Of a stretch of 64,000 nt of DNA, positions 40,972 to 52,535 are shown piece by piece. Source of the stretch: Calditrichia bacterium (GTDB lineage: Bacteria; Calditrichota; Calditrichia; JAJRVZ01). The stretch spans positions 512,001-576,000 of the forward strand of contig CAWCNS010000004.1 in assembly GCA_963796965.1 (NCBI GenBank), written 5' to 3'. The notes below the pieces were generated by a model. The model did no database searches and was not told the origin of the DNA. It saw nothing but the letters and a program-made list of their open reading frames with translations. Position 1 is the stretch's first letter; each line of letters opens with the position of its first letter. The position numbers and the translations under genes are program-made.

Positions 40972-43081
40972 ATGAAGGCGCAAAAATTAAAGATAATGCT
41001 CTGTACTGTCTTGTTAATACTAATCGGCTTTGAGACTTTGGTTTTTGCTCTTGAAAATATAGTATTGGAACCTTCGAAAATAAAAGAATCACTTGCCGGT
41101 GAAAAGAAGATTATTGACCTGATCAACAAAGCAGGCAATGCAGATGCTGACGAAACGCGTCTGGAATTTTTATTAGAACTGAGTAAGATGCCTGATTTGG
41201 AAGAACAGCTGAGATGCTGATGTCAAACGCTTGATTATCGAAATCAAGCGATGGTTGTATGATAAATCATTGACTTACTTTGAACAGTCGATATTTAAAA
41301 CCAATGACTATGATTTTGGCATTCAGGAAACTTCTCCGCTTTATCCCATAACAAAAATATACCATGCGCGAATGATTTTCTGGGTAACACTGGAACATGG
41401 CAGGTTCTGGAGTTTCCCCAAAATACGCCGGGAACGTTTGGATATGGTTCGCAATATCATGGAAAAAGTGAAAGAAGATTTTCCGGAAAACCGGCTCATT
41501 CGTATGTACCTTGGTGAACCCATGCCGCCTGGCAAGCAATATGAATCGACGGAGGCGGCCCCTGAATGGGCTGTATATCAGCGGGAAGGTATTGAACGAT
41601 TGGCGGACATTATCGAATGGTGGATTGACCATCGTCAGCAAACAAACGGCGCGTATGGCGGTGGTTGGGATGACGATTGTGAAATGTGGCGTTGGTGGGT
41701 TCCCGTACTCATTGTATTTGATGACCCGAAAATAAGCAGAGCACAATCTGTCTTATCGCATGGGCTCTTGAGTCTGGAAAAAATGCAGTCGGGCTATACA
41801 GATCACGTTTCCGATGTTGAACACACCGCTGAGCCCTCTGCTGACGTTCTTACACCAATGATGCATATTGATCCTGAAAATGAATTATGGAACCGAAAGG
41901 CACTTCGCCTGGGAGAATTGATGCAATCCTATTGGTCCGGCATAAATGAACGTGGCTATCTGCAATTTAAAAGCACCTATTTTAGCGTCGATAGTATTTC
42001 ACCCGATCGGAAAAAAGCGTGTGATACGGTATATCATCCCCGGACCGTCCAACCAACGCTCCTCTATTGGCAACGAACAGCTGATAAACAATTGAAAAAA
42101 CTTTTTACCGCCTGGATGGACACCTGGGTAGAAGCTGCTGCTCGCGCTGAAAGGGGCAAACCTGCCGGTATTATTCCCAGTGCCATTCATTGGCCCGATG
42201 GCGAGATAGGCGGTTTGGGTGAAAACTGGTGGAATCCTGAAAACCACAGTCCTGAAAGTAAATTATATGTATGGCCCAGCGCCATGTCCATGATGTTGAA
42301 TACTTTACTGTTGACTAACCATATGACGCAGGATCCCAAATATCTGGAACCAATCTGGTCAATGGCAAAAATCAGACTCGCCTATCTTCAAAATCCGCCA
42401 AAACAGCCACCTGCCCCGGGAAGCAAAGCTTGGTGTGGTTCACAGTTAGGTGGTCTCTCATCAATTATTGCTAAGTATATGTTGATAGGTGGTACTACTA
42501 AATTTGATCATTTAATTAAAACAGGTGCTACCCCATATACTGCCTTCCGTTTTACTGGTAATCGTGAGCCTCTCGTATCAGCCCTTCATGACAATGCCGA
42601 AGCGCTGCGGATAAATTTTGCAGGCTACACCAGTGAGGTTCGCTACACCGACAGGGTATTGCGTTTTCCGGCGGTTTTTCGCAACAATGGTATATATCCA
42701 GAGGGTATTCCCACAATTCATCAACCGAATACAAACTTGCTTTATGCAACCTTAACAGGCGATCCGGGAGATGCGGGATATTTTCCCATAAATGCGGTGC
42801 GTTGGATAACTCCGCCGCGTGATATTGCTGCATTAGTGACTGAGACAGGTAAAGATCGGTTTCGGGCGGAGCTTTTTCATTTTGGTGAAAAATCGCGGGA
42901 CATATCCGCTTTATTCTATTTGCTTGCTCCAGGAGAGTATAATTTCAAACTTTTTAGCACAGGAACAAATACAAAAGTACACACTATGAAACGGATTGTT
43001 GTTTCGGATACAAAAATACCCATAACTTTTCAACTGCCGGCAAAGACACTCTGTATTTTGGAGATTCGTCGGGATTCTTAA
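40972..43081 (+). CDS. Exported hypothetical protein, probable helical enzyme (+1 frameshift near 41215)
   Basis: Signal peptide; removing T41215 gives EQLRADVKRLIIE; acidic motifs YGGGWDDDCEMWRWW and DVEHTAEPSAD. Confidence 0.65.
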
Positions 43082-43326
43082 AGGGAATCGTCAACATAGC
43101 AAGATGCTATTGTAGCCTAAAACTTTGTTGTTTCCGTCTGGCGGATTGTATAGAGAGATTAGTTAAATTTGAATCTAATTGAGAAAATGTTTTCGTAGAT
43201 CAGATAAATAATCTTTTATAATATATTTTTAAATTCCTCATAGGAGTCCTTGGGACCCTCGAAGGGAACAGCCGTGGACTGCGGTATGATATATACACGT
43301 TTATAAAAAGTAAAATTTTTTACTGT

Positions 43327-46300
43327 ATGAATTTAAATTCAGGGAGTAATATGAAAAAATCTGATATGAATGAAATTAAGGATAGACAAAATGAATTAAA
43401 AGGGAAATTGGGCATTCTGATATTTGTTTTCATATCAATTTGTTTGACACATCTCCCCGGAGTTTCCAATGCCAGCACAATCCAATGGCAATTCCGTGCT
43501 CAATTTGGAGAATCGGATAGCTCACCGGCTGTCGGCGACCTGGATGATGATGGTGTGCTTGATCTGGTTTTTTGCAGTACTTCCGGGCGTATTTTTGCCC
43601 TGGATGCCAATGGCCGTCAAAAATGGTATTTTGACACGGGCCAAACGATCAGCAATGCCCCGACGCTGACAGATCTGAATACAAAACGGCCAAAGGTTTT
43701 TGCGATAACAAATCCGGGTAAAATATTTTGCCTGGATGGTGAGTCGGGTTCTCGTTTATGGGATTATACAATGCCTGCTGCTGTTGACTGGGGATCTACT
43801 CTGATCGCTTCCGCTAATCTTGACAAAAATGAAGGAACCGAAATAGTTGTGGCTGATAAAAAGGGCAATCTGGTTTGTCTCAACGATCAGGGATCACAAA
43901 TCTGGACGACAAAATATAAGAATGGGTTCAATTCGGCTCCGGCCATTGCTGATCTGTATGGCGATGGAGATCTCGAAATTCTCATAGGTACGACAGTTTC
44001 TCCACTGGTCTGTTTTTCAGGTAAAGGAAAAGAGCTGTGGCGTTTAAATGAAAGCGGATCAGTTGGATCAAGTCCCCTCGTCTGTGATCTTAACCATGAT
44101 AAAAAGCCCGATATTCTTGTCGGTCAAAATCAGGGACTTACCATGGTTGATAACCGTGGTAAGGTGCAGTGGCATTATGAAATGCGCAAAAATATCCATG
44201 ATGCGATTGCTGTAGGTGATATTAATAATGATGGTATGGAAGAGATCATAGTGGTTGATCTCTTCGGTAAGACGGCCTGTCTTGATTATTCTGGTAAACT
44301 TCTCTGGACAGCAAATGTTGAACAGCGTGTCCGCCGCTCGCCGGCAATTGCTGATCTGGATGGCGATTTCGTACCTGAAATAATTATTGGCGGTTATAGC
44401 GCTGCTCTGCATATTTTTGATACTGATGGCAATTTAAAAGAACGAAAATCATTAAATAGAGCAATGAATTCATCACCTACAGTAGTTGATTTTCGGGGAG
44501 ATCAAAATCTAAGCCTCATCGTTGCAGCCGAAACTGATATTACGGCTTTTACCTGGTTGGATGGCAAACCAGAAGGAAGATTACCTGTTCTTTGGGGAGA
44601 ATACAGAGGCAATTCAGCGCGAAGCGGTTCAGTTGTAAAACGAACAAAATCGAAGGATGCTCAAATCCTCCATCTTGATTACGGTGGTCTTTATGTGGGC
44701 TCAAATGTGCTACAGGTTCACGTGGCAAATCCTAAAAAACAATCCTTAAGCATTGATCTGGAGATAAAGAAAAATAGTGAGAGGCCGCTCACTGCTTCCT
44801 ACACATTTTCTGATACAATTTTCAACTGTCGATTACCATATACAATAATCGGAAAAGCTGCGGTTAATATGAATTTCCGGATTCAACTCAGGTCAGGAAA
44901 ACAAATTTTAGCAAATCGAAATGAGACCTTTTACCTGGTCCCTTTTGCCAGAGATCTTGCTGATTTGCAACAGACATGTTCGGTAATCAATGAACTAATT
45001 CCCAATTTGACTGACCCTACCTATGCCCGTGATCAGGTAACTATTTTGAAGGCCCGACTGTTAACATTCGAAAAACAAACAAAATTAGCTGGTACGTTAT
45101 CCCCATTGGAACGCAGTTCATTACGCGATAATTTGAAAGATTTAAGAAATAAAGCAGATCAATTGAAAGCAATGACAAAATTAGCGGTGAAAGCAGGAAC
45201 CGTTATTGCCGTATATGAAGCGAATCCCTGGTCACCCTTTGGCGGGCGGGATGAGATCTTTGAAGAACGTACAAAAAAATCGGATCTTAAAATTGAAGCA
45301 TTTGGCGGTGAGACAGAATCTGCTGCGTTAAATCTGGCAAATTTTAGTAGCCAGCCTCTAACCATAAGAATTGAAGTGGATCCTTTACTCAGTCTGCAGG
45401 ATTCATCCAGAATATCGGCAAGGGGAATCTTAACATTACATGAAGTTCTGGATGTACCCACACAGGCCCTGGATCTTTCAGCAGATGCGTTGCCCTTACT
45501 TGGACAAGCTCAGACAATTGTTGTCCCTGCCTGGAATGTCAGGCAGGTCTGGCTTACTGTCAATTCTTCCGGTCTTAATCCGGGAGAATGGGAGGGCAAT
45601 CTGCGATTCCGTGCTTTGGATGTTAGCGCTTCGATAACAGAAGCTGAAATTCTCCCTAACGGTATGGGATACAAAATTACCAGCACAGCAGGAGTTAAAA
45701 CTTTGTCACTGGGGCTATGTACATACATCAATTTTAAAGGATCAGGCACAAGCAGCTTTTCTGGATCAGGTAAATCATGGTACGAATGTATTTGTTGCAA
45801 CCAATACCTTTGCACCCAGGGCAAGATTTGATAAAAATGGCGATATTATTGGTGAACTTGATTTTTCCGATCATGATCCCTACATGCGCCAACACGCTCA
45901 AGAGGGATTGATATTATTTTTCAATTATCAGGTCAGTTTAAAAGGTGATGCCGAAAGATTCAGTGCACCATGGCTGAAGGCCTATAAACAATGGTTAAAA
46001 GCCTGGGTTGAGCATTTACAGCAGATGAATATTGGCTATGATAAATACGCCCTATATCCGATTGATGAACCTGGATTAAGGGAGGGATTAGTCGATGATT
46101 TTATTGCCTACAGCAAACCGATTCGGGAGATTGACAAAAAGATCCAAATTTATACCGATCCGGTCGCAAATGCCTCATTAAGTGATTTGAAAAAAATGGC
46201 ACCTTATGTGGATATATGGTGTCCAAATCGCAATGGTTTTCTACTGGATATAGGTTTGGATAAATTAGCCTATATAAAGTCAACCGGAAAAACGGTCTGG

Positions 46301-46792
46301 ACATACGAATGCGCAGGCAATGCTAAACATCAATCCCCCCTCGGATATTATCGAAGCCAGTCTTGGTTAGCCTGGTATCATGGATTGAGTGGGATTGGTT
46401 TTTGGTCTTATTGTACTTCCCGTCACGATCCCTGGTATGTACCAAAAGGGGGGGCAGATTATTTGCTGATTTATCAGGGGGAAGGTGTGGTCACCAGCAA
46501 ACGCTGGGAAGCAATACGTGATGGTATTGAAGACTATGGTTTGTTGCTCATACTGAAGAATGCTGTCGATAAGTCCAAACAAAGCAAGGACTTACAAAAG
46601 ACGGTACAGTCAGCAGAAAGACTTTTAGCGAGGGAGACTGAGGTAATTGCCCGATTTTGTGGGATTGATGAAGCAGGAACGCTTCCTGGTGCTCAAGGGC
46701 TGGCAGTCGTAAGACAGGTGGAAGATAAACGGTGGCAGAAATATAAGGAAGTGCGCCGAAAAATTGCACAGTTATTGGATGAATTGAATTAG
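43327..46792 (+). CDS. FG-GAP/PQQ-like propeller fused to a GH123/DUF4091-like domain (+1 frameshift near 45652)
   Basis: Repeats SSPAVGDLDDDGVLDL, SAPAIADLYGDGDLEI; removing one base gives EISLTVWDTKLP, open into 45884; YPIDEP, VDIWCP, WTYEC, SKRWEAIRDGIEDY. Confidence 0.7.
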
Positions 46793-46833
46793 GGCAGTCA
46801 AAAATAATATCTATTAGTATAAAAACATATTTA

Positions 46834-46946
46834 CAACAGTATAATTCCCCCTTAAAAGGGGCTGTTGAAGATTAGATACTTTTGATAGAAAAAAGTGTTT
46901 ATCTGTTCGAGTGAGCAAAATCCATCTCCCTTTGACAAGGGGGAGA
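46834..46946. repeat. Pair of CCCCTT..AAGGGG-type short palindromes (REP-like)
   Basis: CCCCTTAAAAGGGG (46848-46861) flanked by CAACAG/CTGTTG; TCTCCCTTTGACAAGGGGGAGA (46925-46946). Confidence 0.55.
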
Positions 46947-47037
46947 CAGATCTTTCAGTTATTATAAATTGTTCCAATAATTCATTTATTTTAAGAGCCT
47001 CAGCAATAGGAGTAGTCATGTAAATAGTGGAGCTGTA

Positions 47038-49999
47038 ATGAAAGAATCAGAACAAAATAATAGTGAAAATGAATTGAAATTATTATTCTTATCAATCATT
47101 TTATTAATAGGCCTATGCCTCCCGACACTTGTATTCGCACAAAAACTGACCCCCGAAATGCTTGGGATGCCCCGGGAAGAAATAAGGTTTAGTGATAATC
47201 AACTACGTCTTTTTAATGGTAGGGGCTGTATTTATGTAAAGCAAAATAGTTTAACCGGGTTACATACAGTCCAATTTCCTCCTGTTGATATCCTTCAGTA
47301 CCAGTTCAGACTCGATTTTCGTGACGATACCCATGGAATAATGATGCAAGATAATGTCCCAGAACTTTGGGAGGACTGGAAGGAAAAAAGATCCGGTTAT
47401 GATCCTCTTGGCGTTAATTTCAGGGCTGGATATCCTTATGCCATTTTGAGCCAGAATGAATACTGGAAACCGAATTCATATTACCGGGAGGGGACTTATC
47501 ATAAAAAATACGGGAAGAATTGGGTCTCCTTTGGAATTGAGACTGAAACGGTGGTTTCCGGAAGTGAGGATGAAGTCTATTTGGAGGTCAGGCTAATTAA
47601 CCGAAGTGATCAGCCTTTATCACTCACGATTATTCCGGTTCAATATATCCGTTTTGAAGATTCTTCCTTACCCAGCAATGAAAAAATTTACCAAAAATCC
47701 GGCCCTTATGTCCTTCAGAATTCACAATTCCGTATCTCACTCAGTAGTGATTTGAAAGAAAGAAATGAGGACGGCTGGAAATGGAACTTATTAGCCGGGG
47801 ATTCAAAAACTGCTCGATTTGTGATTCATCTTCAGAAAGTTGAGGATGAAACGGCGGATATATTTCTTCCCGATATTGAAAAAGAAATGCAAAAAGCAGA
47901 GCAGATTACCAGAAAACGTCTGCAATGGGCAGCAAAAAATTTGCCTGTCATTAAAACAGAACACAAAAATCTCGATGAATTTTATAAACGGTGTATTCTC
48001 ACTGTGTCAGAATGCAAATGGGAGCGGGAGAATTTTATTGTAAATCCGTTTTGGACGGCAGGATCGTGGCTCTATACTATTCCCTGGGACATCTGTTTTC
48101 TCAGTGATGTACTTACTATAATGAGTCCTGAAAGTATGCGTGAAACCATTGGATTGTCATTCAGTGAAGAGGATCTTGTTTGTTCCAATATGGGTTGGGA
48201 TGGATGTGCGGCCGGGGTCTTCTATATTATGCAACCTTTTGCCTTAAAAATTATGATCGATGCCTATCTGCGTCAAACCGGTGATGTGAATTTTCTTCAA
48301 TCAAAGATATCCGGGCAGACGATACTCTATTGGATGAAAGCATGGGGAGATATTCTATTAACTGATTTTACTTCCAAAACGAGTGGGATGCTGGATATCG
48401 GGCAGGATACGGAAGCCCTGGTTGAAATCCGTACCGATGGTCTTGACTATATCGTACCGGTTCTGAATGGACATGGCGTTGTCTATTATCGCTGGTTGGC
48501 AGAGTGGTGCAAGAAATTTGATGATGCAGATAGTACAAAATTTCATAGAGAAGCCCTGGAATTGGAACAGCGGTTTCATGAAAACTTATGGAATCCCAAA
48601 CACCGTTGGTTTGATAATCTTTATCCCGATGGCGGGCGAAAACCTGTTTACTCAAATCACCTTTTTGATTTGATCGGTCTGGATGTTATGAATGGGGAAG
48701 AACGACTTGGTCTTTTATCCCATCTGAATGACAATGAATTTTTGGGACCCTATAGTATCTATTCCATGTCGCGACAAGATCGTGAACACTGGGACCGCGT
48801 TGACACAGATTGGGGTGGTGGTGGATCATATACCGGTATCCCCATGCAGCTGGTCAGAAATTTATACCAATCGGGTATGGGGCAGTTAGCCTGGACAATT
48901 CTAAGCCGTTTTACCGGGTACGTTGATCATTTTCCCTATATCTCTCAAAATTTTCGGGCTGACGAACTTTTTCAGGATGAATCTTCTATGCCCATGGCCA
49001 TTTGTGCCGGTGCCGGCGTTGAGGCAATTGTCTTTGGATTATTTGGGTTGACCCCCCATGTGGATGGCACCTTAGATATTCATCCTTATTATTCTCATGA
49101 ACTTGGTGTTGCTAACCTGGTTGACTATCAGTTCCGCGGGCATAGTTATGATATTGAAATGGATAGATATGGCTTTAAACTCAAGCGTGATAAGCAGATG
49201 GTTGGCGCATATAATCATGGTGAAACAGTACGGGTCTGGCCGGATGGTCGGATTCTTTGCCATAAAAAAATGTATGCAGTCAATACCTACCGCTGATACA
49301 GAGCAATTTGTATTTGTTGATAGAAAAAAAATTGCACTAAAAACGTCCACAACAGATGCTTCCATCTTTTACACTCTTGATGGCAGCAAACCCGACAGCC
49401 AAAGTACACCCTATAAGGATCCATTCTCCATCTCTGAAAGTTGTCAGTTGAATGCAATTGCTCTGCACCCGAATTTACAAGCCAGTGATGTGTCAACGAT
49501 TTATTTTGAAAAAGTTGACGCATCTGAAATTGAATCTCCTCCCCTGATGATTAAAGATTTTCTTATCTCACAATCCTACCATGGATATACAGGGCCGGAA
49601 GGGAAAAACGAATATCCGTTGGATAAATCTGATATTGTCTGGAAAAAAGCAAATGTGGATGAAAAAGGTATCGTCTGGTTAAGCCAGCAACTCAAACCCT
49701 TTGATCACTGCCATGCTTTCGCTGTAACCGGTATCGTGAGTGATGAGGAAGTAAAGACTGTTCTGATGACAGGGACAAATGATGGCGCTTTTATTTGGTT
49801 GAATGGCAAATTAATTCTTGATAGTTACAGGGAGCGTCCTCTGTATTATAATCAATTTCAAATTCCGATTACTCTGAACAAAGGGAAAAACACCCTTGTG
49901 TTAATGGTTATGCAGGCTGGAGGGAGTTGGGGTTTTCATGTTAATCTTAAAGCAACAGAAAACAATCTGAATGTTGTCTTACCTGAGATAGGAAGATAA
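47038..49999 (+). CDS. Exported six-hairpin glycosidase-like protein (GH63/GH37-like) with CHB_HEX_C-like and jelly-roll C-terminal domains (+1 frameshift near 49285)
   Basis: IPWDICF, YLRQTGDVNFL, EFLGPYSIYS, DWGGGGSY; downstream frame gives IFYTLDGSKP and TNDGAFIWLNG..LNKGKNTL. Confidence 0.6.
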
Positions 50000-50000
50000 A

Positions 50001-52284
50001 ATGCATCGATTTCTATTCTTTTCAATTTTCATTTTTGGTGGTTTGTTTTGCACACAATGCAACACCCAGCCAGGTGCACCTGAGGGATTGATCTGTGAGT
50101 TATTACGTGCCCCTGAAAAGGCTGTGATCACTGATCCGCAACCTGAGTTTGGCTGGATTGTCAATGATAGCCGTCGGGGGGCTGCTCAATCGGCCTGGCA
50201 GATACTTGTTGCTACCAGCCGGGAATTACTCAATAGTGAAAAAGGAGATATGTGGGATTCCGGCAAAATTATGTCAGATCAATCCATAAATCTCGAATAC
50301 CAGGGTAGGAATTTGCAGCCAAATAAATCTTATTATTGGAAGGTCAGAACCTGGGATGGAGAGAATATAGCCAGCCCCTATAGTGCTATTCAGGAGTTTC
50401 ATACCGGACGCTTGGTTGGTATGCTGCCTGAGAGTAAATGGATTCAGCGAGGAAAGACGGAATGGGTTTTAGAAAACCGGCAGCGGGCGGATTATCATGA
50501 AATTGATCCGAAAGAATTATCTCAATTAGGAAAGGGACATTATATAGCGGATTTTGGGAAAGCCGCGTTTGGCACACTTCAACTAACTATTTCGAGCCAG
50601 AAGAATAATGATTCATTAACTATTTATCTTGGCGAAAGAAAAACCTCCGAAAACCGGGTCGACCGAAATCTTGGACGGTCAAAAATTGCTCTTTACTCCT
50701 CATCGTTACAGTTAAAAAAAGGAACCCACACGTATTCGCTCACTATCACCCGGAAGATATCTCATTATCCCAACAGTCAGATCTTAGCAGAGCACATGCC
50801 TGAGGTGACGCCTTTTCGTTATGCGGAAATTGTCAATTCTCCCTCTGAAATCCAGGTTGGGGATATAAAACAAATAGCTCTTATTTTATTATTTTAATGA
50901 CAAATCATCGGCCTTTACCAGTTCTAATGAGACTATAAACCAGGTTTGGGATTTATGTAAATATACAATGAAGATGACCCCCTTTCTGGCTCTTTATGCT
51001 GATGGAAATCGTGAACGCATGCCCTATGAAGCAGATTCCTATATCCAACAGCTGGGACATTATGCGGTGGACCGGGAATATGCCGTTGCCCGATATACAC
51101 TTCAGTTTTTGCTTCGTAATCCCTCCTGGCCAACCGAATGGCATATGCATACGGTTCTGATGGCCTGGCATGATTATATGCAGACGGGAAATTCAGAATT
51201 ATTGCACAAGCATTTTTTTGATTTAAAGGCTAAAACTTTATTAGCTCTGGCAAGCGATGATGGTCTGATCAGTACCCTTAAAGGGGGCGTAACCACAGAT
51301 TTTTTACAAACCTTATATTACAAAGGAAGTAGTTTTCGTGACATCGTGGATTGGCCTCCGGGAACACCAAAAGGAGAAAGACAGCCGGGTAACCATGGGC
51401 CTCACCCGGAAGGAGAACGGGATGGTTATGTATTTATGCCTTATAATACGGTCGTAAATGCCTTCCATTATTATACCTTGATTCTAATGAAGGACATTTC
51501 AAGAGCGATTGATAAAATGGATGAAGCGCGTTGGTTTTCGGAACAGGCCAATCATGTAAAAGAAAGTTTTAACAAAAATTTCTTTGATGAAAAGAGAGGT
51601 ATATATTTTGATGGAATTGGATCAGATCACGCTTCTCTCCATGCCAATATGTTCCCTTTAGCCTTTGGTCTGGTACCTGAAGAGAAAGTCCTATCCGTGA
51701 TAGAATTTATCAAATCACGAGGTATGGCTTGTAGTGTATATGGTGCTCAATATTTGATGGAAGCCCTCTATAATGCAGGTGAAGACGATTATGCCCTGTC
51801 ATTGATGTCCTCCGAATCAAAGCGAAGTTGGATGAATATGCTTCGGGTGGGTTCGACGGTCTCAACGGAGGCCTGGGATGAATATTTTAAGCCTAATCTA
51901 ACCTGGAACCATGCCTGGGGCGCTGCTCCGGCCAATATAATTCCCAGACGAATGATGGGTATACGTCCCCTGGAACCAGCCTTTAAATTAGTAGAGATTA
52001 AACCACAACCGGGAAATCTGAAGAATGTAGAATTGCAAATGCCAACGATTAGGGGTCCCATCGTTATTAAATGGAAAAGGAATGGCGATACCTTTGAACT
52101 GAATTTAATCCTTCCTGCTAATATAAAAGCCAGGGTATGGCTTCCATCTCTTGCAAAAGATACCTTTAGAGAAAATGGTAAAAAAATCGATCAATGTGAA
52201 GATATTTTAGCCCTGGGCAAAGAAGAAGGATTTACAGGGTATGAGATTGGTGGCGGACAGTATTACTTTAGCGGTAAGTTTTAG
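50001..52284 (+). CDS. GH78 alpha-L-rhamnosidase family protein (+1 frameshift near 50883)
   Basis: PEFGW, MWDSGK, DFGKAAFG, DGNRERMPYEAD, IVDWP, TEAWD, TWNHAWGAAP; deleting A50883 gives ALFYYFNDKSSAFTSSNETINQVWDLCKYTM. Confidence 0.88.
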
Positions 52285-52318
52285 TTTTTTATCTATATTG
52301 TACTATCTGTCAGACCTA

Positions 52319-52362
52319 TTTTAAACACAAAGGACACAAAGTATTCACAAAGTACACAAAGA
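52319..52362. repeat. Solo arm of the CACAAAG-unit repeat
   Basis: Four CACAAAG units spaced 9/11/9 nt; first 25 nt identical to the reverse complement of 63524-63548. Confidence 0.8.
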
Positions 52363-52398
52363 ATTATAGAATTAATATATTCAAAATTTTCATATTAA

Positions 52399-52475
52399 GT
52401 CATTCTCCCGATTGAAATTCGGGATTTCGGAATCTATCCACAATGTCCCAGAATTAGATTCAGAGTGGCAAATGA
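52399..52475. repeat. Degenerate GTCATTC..GAATCTA / TAGATTC..AATGA palindromic element containing a TCCCGA..TCGGGA hairpin
   Basis: GTCATTC 52399, TCCCGA 52406 / TCGGGA 52419, GAATCTA 52430 / TAGATTC 52455; same layout as 9645-9740. Confidence 0.5.
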
Positions 52476-52535
52476 TCATTTCAAAAATAAATTTTTAAGA
52501 AGTCTCGAAATAATAGAATACAAGTAAGGAAAAAT

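Noticed and set aside
41205..41235. TGA at 41218-41220 as selenocysteine or stop readthrough
   Set aside because: The downstream ORF is in a different frame, so readthrough cannot join them; a one-base insertion explains it
43093..43144. Short hairpins ATAGCA-AGA-TGCTAT and TCCGTCTGGCGGA as terminator or REP elements
   Set aside because: Stems of only 5-6 bp, no U-tract, and single occurrences in this window
49097..49284. Independent start for ORF 49097-49999
   Set aside because: Its first ~60 codons overlap the upstream GH in another frame; only the part after about 49285 looks like real protein, as a continuation of 47038
5795..52284. Programmed ribosomal frameshifting or phase variation at the broken genes
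   Set aside because: No shared slippery heptamer or long simple-sequence tract at the sites; contexts are heterogeneous
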